Below, in pieces: positions 29,407 through 38,400 of a stretch of DNA of 64,000 nt (its first letter is position 1; each line of letters begins with the position of its first letter). Below the pieces are notes generated by a model. The model saw only the letters and a program-made list of their open reading frames with translations. It had not been told where the DNA came from and did not search any database. Origin of the DNA: Candidatus Latescibacterota bacterium (GTDB taxonomy: Bacteria; Latescibacterota; UBA2968); assembly GCA_965208125.1 (NCBI GenBank), contig OZ242320.1:4768001-4832000 (forward strand), written 5' to 3'. A program made the position numbers and the translations under genes.

Positions 29407-31161
29407 ATGTCATCCTTCTACCGTCTTTTAGCTGCGATAGCACTTTGCTCTATCCTCACCACACCAAATGCTTACTGTGCTGAAGAGATGCCGGTCCTTT
29501 TCCTGGATGGTCGATCTCATGTTGAATTGCCGAGAAATCTTTTTGACCGAACAACACAGGCGACGATTGAGGTTTGGGTAAAATGGAATCGTTTCAACCA
29601 GTGGTCTCGGGTCTTTGATTTTGGTCATGAAGGTAATGCAGTCGTTCTACAGAATGAGAAATCCTCCAACACGCTCAATTATAGAATTTGGGATAGATCT
29701 GGCAAGCGGCATGGCACCCAGGCCAAAAAGGCTGTCAATACGGGTGCCTGGTATCATATGGCTGTTGTAAGCGGATTTGATGGAATGAAATTTTACATCA
29801 ATGGTCAGCTTGTAGATCGAGACGATTTCAGGGGGTCTCTGAGTGAAGCGGCTGGGGGAACCAATTTTATTGGAAAATCAAACTGGCCCAAGGACAAACT
29901 GTTCGAGGGCTACATTTCAGAACTGCGAATCTGGTCAAAAGTGCGGTCACAATCAGAAATCCGTTCTGCAATGGAGACAGCCCTTGCAGGAACCGAAGAT
30001 GGCCTGCTCGCTTATTACAGATTTACGGAAGCGGCTGATGGCCTCATTCCAAATGTTGTAGATCCAGGTTTCCCAGCGCGGATGGTGGGGACCGCAAGAC
30101 TCGAAAACGTTCGAGCCATCGCCCCTTTGCTGGTACCTGATGCACTTGAAAAAGCGGCTGTCGCCAGTTATGAAAAAGCGAAAGCCGCCCTTGATGCCAA
30201 ACAGTTTGCCACAGCGATTGATGAATTTGAGCGGCTCAACGGCCTTTACCCACAATATATGGACTCTGATAACTTACTTGCCCAGGCGCGTCAACTTGAG
30301 GCAGAACGACAAGCCGAAAATTTCTACCAGACAGGCATGCAACATATTCAACAAGGCAAATTTCGGGAGGCATATTTCGAATTTGAGTCTGCATTAAGCC
30401 AGGTCCCTGCATTTAAGGATGCACAAATGCACATGAAAAACGCGCTTGAAAAGGCCACCTATCGCGTTGCGATTTACCCTTTCAAGACAGCGACTATGAG
30501 TGCCAATATCATGCTTTTGCAACAGGCATTGACAACCAATTTGATGCAAGACAAGTCGGTATTTGTCGAATATGTAGATCAGCAGGTTCTCAATCAGCTT
30601 TCTACACGTCAGGGGACTCATTTTGGCGTGATTGACCCCATGCAAACTTTATCTGCTGCAAAAAATGAAAATATTCGCGTTGTGGTGTTTGGTGATTTGT
30701 TGGCTGCCACAGCTATCCCATCGAATCCTTATATGCGACCTGAAACAGCCTATACAGCACTGACTGTCGGCAGGAAGGTTGTCGGAAAAGGGCCACAGCA
30801 AACGTACTATATCATATCACAAAACGTGCAGGTTCATTGTGAAGCGGTTTACAGAATTCTGGATACACAGACAGGCGCTGTTCTCCACTTTGGCACCGTG
30901 CGTGAAAATTTGAGCGATCAGGTAGAATACGCAGAGTATCATGGAAATAAAAATGCACTTGTGAGTAATGTATATAGGGATGAGAATGCAAAGACGACAA
31001 GATGGATAGTTATACCGCTCCGTGAGTCAAGATTCAATGCTCGAAGAGATCTCAGAAATCCTGGAGAAATGATGAATGAAGCCCTGAGGGGATTGGGAGA
31101 GAAAATCGCTCGAGAAATCAATGGTTTCCTGTCATCACACCTGGCCACGAGTTCACAATAA
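29407..31161 (+). CDS. Secreted LamG/ConA-like plus TPR plus CsgG-like C-terminal domain protein
   Basis: TIEVWVKW, WYHMAVV, FYINGQLV, FEGYISELRIW (LamG); TPR-like helices; RVAIYPF...YRILDTQTGAV. Confidence 0.75.
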   Translation: MSSFYRLLAAIALCSILTTPNAYCAEEMPVLFLDGRSHVELPRNLFDRTTQATIEVWVKWNRFNQWSRVFDFGHEGNAVVLQNEKSSNTLNYRIWDRSGKRHGTQAKKAVNTGAWYHMAVVSGFDGMKFYINGQLVDRDDFRGSLSEAAGGTNFIGKSNWPKDKLFEGYISELRIWSKVRSQSEIRSAMETALAGTEDGLLAYYRFTEAADGLIPNVVDPGFPARMVGTARLENVRAIAPLLVPDALEKAAVASYEKAKAALDAKQFATAIDEFERLNGLYPQYMDSDNLLAQARQLEAERQAENFYQTGMQHIQQGKFREAYFEFESALSQVPAFKDAQMHMKNALEKATYRVAIYPFKTATMSANIMLLQQALTTNLMQDKSVFVEYVDQQVLNQLSTRQGTHFGVIDPMQTLSAAKNENIRVVVFGDLLAATAIPSNPYMRPETAYTALTVGRKVVGKGPQQTYYIISQNVQVHCEAVYRILDTQTGAVLHFGTVRENLSDQVEYAEYHGNKNALVSNVYRDENAKTTRWIVIPLRESRFNARRDLRNPGEMMNEALRGLGEKIAREINGFLSSHLATSSQ

Positions 31162-31183
31162 ATGCCAACAAGGAGAAATTTCC

Positions 31184-31831
31184 ATGAAAAAGCTGATGCC
31201 TCTATTGATGTTTGTTGTCCTCATTCAGCTTGGCTGTGCCTCTGTCAAGCGTCTTCATGACAAGTTGACCCTTACCTACCACCCTGAGTTGATGCGGGAG
31301 CAGGAGCACTTTGGTATCCTGGAGATGGGTTTTCCCAAGGCGTGTATGCCCGTACCCGATAGCCTGCGACAGGAGATGGCGTCCCGGGCCGAACAATTCA
31401 ATCTGCTCGGGTTTCAATACGATATCAAGCACATGTGCAGTTTTGAGGATGGACACGCCCTGGTCCTCAAGCATATTGTCAATCAATGGCCGCGTACAAA
31501 TTTTGCCTACTTGGACGGGTACACGCCTTGGGAATCAGACCCTGGGCAAATCAAAGACCCACAAATCAAGCAGTTGAAGGCTTTTGGGAGTGAACGTACG
31601 ACAAAGGGTACTCGGCAGGCGTATAGTTCGTCCAAACAGATGCATGTGCGGGTATATACGTTTATGCGTTCGGGCTTTATGGTTCAGCAAGCCTTTGCCC
31701 AGTCCGTTGTCCCCATAGAATTCTCGGTGTATCAGTTGGACTTAATCACCGAGAACGTAGAGTTGACAGATATGATGGGTAAGACGTTTGAGTCCGTGGT
31801 CGCTTCAATGAGGAGATCAACTGCGCGTTGA
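31184..31831 (+). CDS. Hypothetical lipoprotein
   Basis: AGGAG RBS; MKKLM...QLGC lipobox. Confidence 0.7.
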   Translation: MKKLMPLLMFVVLIQLGCASVKRLHDKLTLTYHPELMREQEHFGILEMGFPKACMPVPDSLRQEMASRAEQFNLLGFQYDIKHMCSFEDGHALVLKHIVNQWPRTNFAYLDGYTPWESDPGQIKDPQIKQLKAFGSERTTKGTRQAYSSSKQMHVRVYTFMRSGFMVQQAFAQSVVPIEFSVYQLDLITENVELTDMMGKTFESVVASMRRSTAR

Positions 31832-31896
31832 GTGTCTTTATCAAGTCAACAGTCTTAAAACGGCTTCTTAACAGGCATGTAAACAAGGAGTTTGCT

Positions 31897-32256
31897 ATGA
31901 TGAAATGGATAAAGATGTTCACACTGATCGTTGGTGTTGTCATGATGGGTTTTTTAGCATGCGGTAATGATAATCCAGCGTCTTCTGAAACAATTACCCT
32001 GACGATAATAAACGACCTGAGGCGTTTCACGATTCACTTTGTGTATATCTCTCCATCAGAATCGGATTCCTGGGGGAGAGACAGACTGGGGACAGATAAT
32101 ATTCTTGCTCCTGAAGAAAGGATAATGCTGGAACTTGAAAAGGGAACGTACGATATAAGGATCGTTGATGAGGATGGTGAGGAATACATCAAGAGGAATC
32201 TGCAACTGAATAGCGATTACACCTGGCAGGTCAGGCTCTCCGATTTATCTACATAA
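31897..32256 (+). CDS. Hypothetical lipoprotein with a small beta-sandwich domain
   Basis: AAGGAG RBS; FLAC lipobox; VYISPSESDSWGRDRLG...YDIRIVDEDG. Confidence 0.72.
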   Translation: MMKWIKMFTLIVGVVMMGFLACGNDNPASSETITLTIINDLRRFTIHFVYISPSESDSWGRDRLGTDNILAPEERIMLELEKGTYDIRIVDEDGEEYIKRNLQLNSDYTWQVRLSDLST

Positions 32257-32393
32257 GTGATGTTATGCAGCACCTGTATAGCTTGTGATTTATCGGTTTG
32301 TAACGAAATGCAAATGGTCTCTCTGTGCGCTTTGAATACGATGCGGGGCAAGTCCAGACCAGATAGGACTTAACCGAAAAAGAAGGAGAAAGA

Positions 32394-32789
32394 ACACGCC
32401 GGATTTGATGAGCTATTGTGACAAGGACACCTACCCACACAAATGGATCATCGCGTATAACTTTGACAAGGCGTTAAACTACCGGTAGCCTGCGACGTCG
32501 AGCAAACGGACGATTCTGAGCGCCGCGCCGGTCAACGCGCTGCTCCTTTCGGGCGGACAGAGGCCGGATGGGGAGATGTTTCTTTGGCCAGCTTTCGTAG
32601 GGGAAGCCAGTCCACAGCTACCACCAGAAGGAGGCCAGTACAGGATCGGCGGGCAGGACGCGCAGGGTAGGGATCTGTTCTCCTATGACTTCGACATGAC
32701 GGAGGTTGCAGACGGGGAAGGCACCTCGTCTTTTGTGTTCGCGGTTCCGGTACGGCAGGAGCTTGTATTTATACCGTTTCAAAGGTGAA
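32394..32789 (+). pseudogene. Remnant of the C-terminus of an M66-like protease gene fused directly to the MCK leader RBS
   Basis: Matches 39786-40148 with substitutions and an in-frame stop. Confidence 0.85.
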
Positions 32790-32833
32790 TCTGGCAGAAT
32801 CAATAGACAATTCTAAAGAGAGGGTTTACTGGT

Positions 32834-33313
32834 ATGTTCCATAAATTTGCGCTTCTTGTTCTGGTTGTCTGCGTCGGTTGTGGCGACAAGGGTACAGAGC
32901 CGGAGTCTCATCCTCTTGTTGGAAACTGGCGTCTGGTTAATTCGGACTTTCAGGGTCTGAGGAGGGCGATGGTGGATTACACAAGCAGGACCGGTACAAA
33001 TGTTACCGTGGATGAAAGTTTCGTCCATGTAGCCTCTATGCGCTTCAATGACGATTTTACGTGGTCCGATGATCAGGGAGAATCCGGAACCTGGAGTACT
33101 GACAGCGGCGATAGATTAACCATTACCGACTCTGAAGGCGTGAAATTGACAATGTCTTACTCGATCCAGGGCAACAGTCTGACGCTTAGTTTCACAGGTT
33201 CTGATTTTATACAGTCGGGAGCCAACAGTCTGGAAATAGCGTTCTTGCAACAAATTCTGTCCGGTCACGAAAATACGGTTCTTGTTCGTTTTGTCCTCGA
33301 GCGGTCGTCGTAA
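32834..33313 (+). CDS. Lipocalin-like lipoprotein
   Basis: CVGC lipobox; HPLVGNWRLV, MRFNDDFTW, GTWS motifs. Confidence 0.7.
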   Translation: MFHKFALLVLVVCVGCGDKGTEPESHPLVGNWRLVNSDFQGLRRAMVDYTSRTGTNVTVDESFVHVASMRFNDDFTWSDDQGESGTWSTDSGDRLTITDSEGVKLTMSYSIQGNSLTLSFTGSDFIQSGANSLEIAFLQQILSGHENTVLVRFVLERSS

Positions 33314-33400
33314 AAAGCCTGTATTCCTGCACGGCTATATTGACGCGACCATGGCTTCTGTCTTCTAATAGGACTTAACCAAAAAAGAAGGAGAAAGAAA

Positions 33401-35011
33401 ATGTGTAAGTACTTGACACTTGTCGCACTCATTGGACTCTTTTTCGCAGGTCCAGTCTCTGCTGATTCTCATACAGATCCAGACTTTAACGACGATGGTG
33501 TGGTCAATTTTGCCGACTTTTTGGCATTTGTAGGTCAGTTTGGGGCACGTCAGGGCGATGGGCGGTATGAGGCGAAGTATGACTTAGACAGCGATGGTGC
33601 GATAGGTTTTAGTGATTTTCTGATCTTTGCCAACAGTTATGGTCAACAAGTGCCGCCATCTGGTGGTGAGACGCCTGCCATCTACAAGGAGACCCTCGAC
33701 CTGTATGCTTTCAACGGTGATCCGGGGGGTATCACGTATGCCAATAACAGATTCTATGTGGTTGATTGGGCGGATGACAAGGTGTATGTGTACAATAGTA
33801 GTGGTCAGCGAGTAGCAAGCGCTGACTTCGACCTGGATAGCGACAACAGGGGTCCGACAGGTATCACGTATGCCAATAACAGATTCTATGTGGTTGATTG
33901 GGCGGATGCCAAGGTGTATGTGTACAATAGTAGTGGTCAGCGAGTAGAAAACGCTGACTTCGACTTGGATAGCGACAATAGTTATGCGACAGGTATCACG
34001 TATGCCAACAACAGATTCTATGTGGTTGATAATGATGATAACAAGGTGTATGTGTACACGAGTTCTGGTCAGCGCGTAGCAAGTGCTGACTTCGACCTGC
34101 GCAGATACAACAGTTCTCCGAGAGGTATCACGTATGCCAACAACAGATTCTATGTGGTTGATGATGAGTATTTGGATGAGAAGGTGTATGTGTACACCAG
34201 TAGTGGTCAGCGAGTAGCAAGTGCTGACTTCGACCTGAATAGCGGCAACAGTTATGCGACAGGTATCACGTATGCCAACAACAGATTCTATGTGGTTGAT
34301 AATGATGATAACAAGGTGTATGTGTACACGAGTTCTGGTCAGCGCGTAGCAAGTGCTGACTTCGACCTGCATAGCGGCAACAGTGCTCCGGGGGGTATCA
34401 CGTATGCCAACAACAAATTCTATGTGCTTGATGATGAGTTTTTTGGTATTAGTAATATTAGTAAGGTGTATGTGTACACCAGTAGTGGTCAGCGAGTAGC
34501 AAGTGCTGACTTCGACCTATATAGCGACAATAGTTCTCCGACAGATATCACGTATGCCAACAACAGATTCTATGTGGTTGATGGGTTTGATGACAAGGTG
34601 TATGTGTACACCAGTAGTGGTCAGCGCGTAGCAAGCGCTGACTTCGACCTGCATGCTTTCAACGGTGATCCGAGTGGTATCACGTATGCCAACAACAGGT
34701 TCTATGTGGTTGATGTGAGGGATGACAAGGTGTATGTGTACACCAGTAGTGGTCAGCGCGTAGCAAGTGCTGACTTCGACCTATATAGCGGTAATGGTGA
34801 TCCGAGCGGTATCACGTATGCCAACAACAGATTCTATGTGCTTGAGTGGTGGGATGAGAAGGTGTATGTGTACAGTAGTAGTGGTCAGCGAGTAGCAAGT
34901 GCTGACTTCGACCTGCATAGCGACAACAGTAATCCGGAGGGTATCACGTATGCCAACAACAGATTCTATGTGGTTGATTACTATGATGACAAGGTGTATG
35001 TGTACGAGTAG
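33401..35011 (+). CDS. Secreted EF-hand/dockerin plus 10x propeller repeat protein
   Basis: MCKYL leader; DFNDDGVVNFADF/DLDSDGAIGFSDF; ten GITYANN units. Confidence 0.87.
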   Translation: MCKYLTLVALIGLFFAGPVSADSHTDPDFNDDGVVNFADFLAFVGQFGARQGDGRYEAKYDLDSDGAIGFSDFLIFANSYGQQVPPSGGETPAIYKETLDLYAFNGDPGGITYANNRFYVVDWADDKVYVYNSSGQRVASADFDLDSDNRGPTGITYANNRFYVVDWADAKVYVYNSSGQRVENADFDLDSDNSYATGITYANNRFYVVDNDDNKVYVYTSSGQRVASADFDLRRYNSSPRGITYANNRFYVVDDEYLDEKVYVYTSSGQRVASADFDLNSGNSYATGITYANNRFYVVDNDDNKVYVYTSSGQRVASADFDLHSGNSAPGGITYANNKFYVLDDEFFGISNISKVYVYTSSGQRVASADFDLYSDNSSPTDITYANNRFYVVDGFDDKVYVYTSSGQRVASADFDLHAFNGDPSGITYANNRFYVVDVRDDKVYVYTSSGQRVASADFDLYSGNGDPSGITYANNRFYVLEWWDEKVYVYSSSGQRVASADFDLHSDNSNPEGITYANNRFYVVDYYDDKVYVYE

Positions 35012-35251
35012 TGGGTAATAAGGAAGTGGTGGGGGTAGTTCGGCAAGTGCAACCTTGAGAGATGAAAAAACGGTCTGAAGCGGTGTACAACGGGTCGATT
35101 TTCAGACCCGTTCATCAGGATGAATGGGATGAAAGGATGGCCAGGATGAAAGGCGATGCGCGGTGGAGGGCTTTCGCGGTTGGCAAGCCTGTCAGCCCTC
35201 CGCCGCTTTGACAACAGAGACAGGTCGTCACCTGCTCTGTTTCTCAATCTA
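35012..35251 (+). repeat. Structured intergenic repeat, copy 6
   Basis: Alignment to copy 1. Confidence 0.88.
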
Positions 35252-35453
35252 AGAGGAACCTGCAACTGAACAGCGATTACACCTGGCAGGTCAGACTCTC
35301 CGATTTATTTGCATAAGTGATGTTATGCAGCACCTGTATAGCTTGTGATTTATCGGTTTGTAACGAAATGCAAATGGTCTCTCTGTGCGCTTTGAATACG
35401 ATGCGGGTCAAGTCCAGACCAGATAGGACTTAACCGAAAAAGAAGGAGAAAGA
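35251..35453 (+). repeat. Duplicate of 32191-32393 (lipoprotein 3' end, cohesin fragment, MCK leader)
   Basis: Near-identical ~200 bp. Confidence 0.9.
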
Positions 35454-35455
35454 AA

Positions 35456-38400
35456 ATGTGTAAGCACTTGACACTTGTCGCACTCATTGGACTCTTTTTC
35501 GCAGGTCAAGTCTCTGCTACTTCTCATACAGATCCTGACTTTAACGACGATGGAATCGTCAATGAATTGGACTTAAGGCTCCTTATTTCCAATTGGGGAA
35601 CGCGAGCAGGTGGACCAAATTGGGATGCGAAGATCGATCTGAATAGTGATGGAATCGTCGATGAATTGGACTTAAGGCTCCTTATTTCCAATTGGGGCAA
35701 GACATTTCCAGTGATACTGAGCGAGCGCGATGTACTGGTGGCGCTATACAATGCGACGGGTGGCGTCAATTGGACAAATAGCACCCATTGGCTCAGTAGC
35801 AACGACATTTCCACCTGGCATGGTGTCAGCGTTTCTAACGGTTTGGTTACAGGCCTGGACCTTAGTAATAATAATCTGATGGGGGAGATTCCCGCGGAAT
35901 TGGGCAACTTGACCAACCTGACAAGGCTGGATCTTTCCTTCAACAGCATCACGGATGTGTCTGCGCTATCTGGACTGACCAACCTGGCAGTGCTGGGGCT
36001 TGACAACAACAGCATTTCGGACCTTTTGCCCCTAATTGCGAACAGGGGCTTGGGCAGTGGAGATAGGGTTGATGTGAGGAATAACCCACTGAGTGCCGCA
36101 TCGCTCAACACACACATTCCAGCCCTTCAGAATAGAGGAGTTAATGTGCTGTTTGACACGCCGCCAAAGATATACTGGACGGACTTGTGGACGGGTACGA
36201 TCCAGCGTGCGAACCTGGATGGGAGCGGGGTGGAAGATCTGGTTACGCACACGGGGGGAGTCAGTCTGGCGTTGGATTCGGGCGCTGGCAAGATGTACTG
36301 GACGGTCTTAGAATTGGACAAGATCCAGCGTGCGAACCTGGACGGGAGTGGGATAGAAGATCTGGTTACGCAGGCGGAGGCGGCATTCGGTCTGGCACTG
36401 GATCTGGGTGCTGGCAAGATGTATTGGACCGGAAGAGACAAGATTCAGCGTGCGAATCTGGATGGGAGTGGGGTGGAAGATTTGGTCATCACGCGCGGGA
36501 CAGATAACGATCCATTCGACTTGGCGCTGGTTCCGGGTGCTGGCAAGATGTACTGGACGGCCACTGAAGGGGGCACGATTCGGCGTGCGAATCTGGATGG
36601 GAGTGGGGTGGAAGACTTGGTCACGGGATTGGGAGGGCCATTCAGCTTGGCGCTGGATCTGGGTGCTGGTAAGATGTACTGGACGGCCATTAATGAGGGC
36701 AAGATCCAGCGAGCGAATCTGAATGGGAGTGATGTGGAAGATCTAATCACGGGATTGGGAGAGACATTCGGTCTGGCGTTGGATCCGGGTGCTGGCAAGA
36801 TGTACTGGACGGTGATTAAGGAGGACAAGGCCCAGCAGAAAAGCAACACGATTCGGCGAGCGAATCTGGATGGGAGTGGGGTGGAAGACTTCATCACGGG
36901 ATTGTATGCGCCAGGCGGCTTGGCGCTGGACCTGGGCAACCAGGGCGGTGATGTGATCCCGCCACCGCCTGAGGATCGGGAGGCATTGGTGGCACTGTAC
37001 AATGCGACGAACGGTTCCGGCTGGACGGACAAGACGAACTGGCTCAGCGACAGGCCGCTGGGAGAATGGTACGGCGTCACCGCGAATGCCCAGGACCGAG
37101 TGACCAGGCTTGTCCTCGACAACAACAATCTGACGGGCGCGATTCCTTCTGAACTGGGCAATCTCGCCAGCTTAGAGGTGCTGGCCCTCTGGTACAACAA
37201 CCTGACAGGTACGATCCCTGCGGAATTGGGCGACCTCGCCAACCTGCAAAGCCTGTTCCTCAGCCACAATAACCTGACAGGTGCGATCCCGTCTGAATTG
37301 GGCAACCTCGCCAACCTGGAAACGCTGGTCATCAGCCACAACAATCTGACGGGTGCGATCCCGTCTGAACTGGGCAACCTCGCCAACCTGGAAACGCTGG
37401 TCATCAGCCACAACAATCTGACGGGTGCGATCCCGTCTGAACTGGGCAACCTCGCCAACTTGACAGGACTGTACCTGGAAGACAATTCCGATTTGTTCGG
37501 TCCCTTACCTGAGACCTTGACTGCGCTTGGTAAACTCCAGGCACTGAATACTATAAATACGCAGTTGTGCATACCGTCTGATCCCGCGTTTCTGGCGTGG
37601 CTGCAATCGATAGAAGCTGGGGGACGGCTGTGCGTGGTGAGGATGGCGGTTGTGTCGGGTGGTGGGCAGCGCGCCGTTTCCGGAACGCGGCTCCCGCAAC
37701 CTGTGGAGGTGCAGGCCATCGGCGCGAACGACGTACCCGTGGAGTACGCGACGGTGGTGTTCTCGCCCGGAGAAGGGCACGGCACGGCGAATCCGGACGA
37801 GGCCACGACCGACAGATATGGGATCGTGCAGACGTTTTGGACGCTGGGACAGGTCGTGGGTGAACAGACGCTGACCGCGACCGTGGAGGGGCAGTCGGTT
37901 CAGGTGGTGGCCACGGCCACGGCGACGGCGACGGATCGGGAGGCATTGGTGGCACTGTACAACGCGACGAACGGTTCTGGCTGGACGAACAAGGCCAATT
38001 GGCTTAGCGACAGACCTATCGGGGAATGGCACGGCGTGACCACTGACGCATCGGGAAGGGTCGTCCGCCTTTCCCTCGAAGTGAACAATCTTAAGGGGCC
38101 GATCCCGTCTCAACTCGGCAATCTCGCCAACCTGACGCACCTGTACCTCACCACCAACAACCTGACGGGTCCGATCCCACCCTCACTCGGCAATCTCGCC
38201 AACCTGGAGGTCCTGTCCATCCAAAGCAACAACCTAACAGGTCCGATCCCACCCTCACTCGGCCGCCTGGTCAACCTCCAACGCCTGTATCTTGGCAACA
38301 ATCAACTGGCGGGTACAATCCCGCGTGACTTCACGCTGCTGTGCAACTTACGATACTTGTACCTTCATGGGAACGCACTGTCCGAACTGCCGTCGTCCGC

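Noticed and set aside
8120-35008. Diversity-generating retroelement as the source of repeat variation
   Set aside because: No reverse transcriptase or non-coding template repeat in the window; variation hits all bases and includes indels, while neighbouring AAC codons stay constant.
10073-35251. Bona fide integron with attC sites
   Set aside because: No IntI in view, the hairpins lack the full RYYYAAC/GTTRRRY box structure, and many genes have no copy; kept only as a loose resemblance.
36445-37806. Long antisense and alternate-frame ORFs over repeat genes (also 17732-18436, 33584-34372, 50404-51456, 54504-55475)
   Set aside because: Shadow ORFs of repetitive or GC-rich coding sequence with no recognisable motifs.
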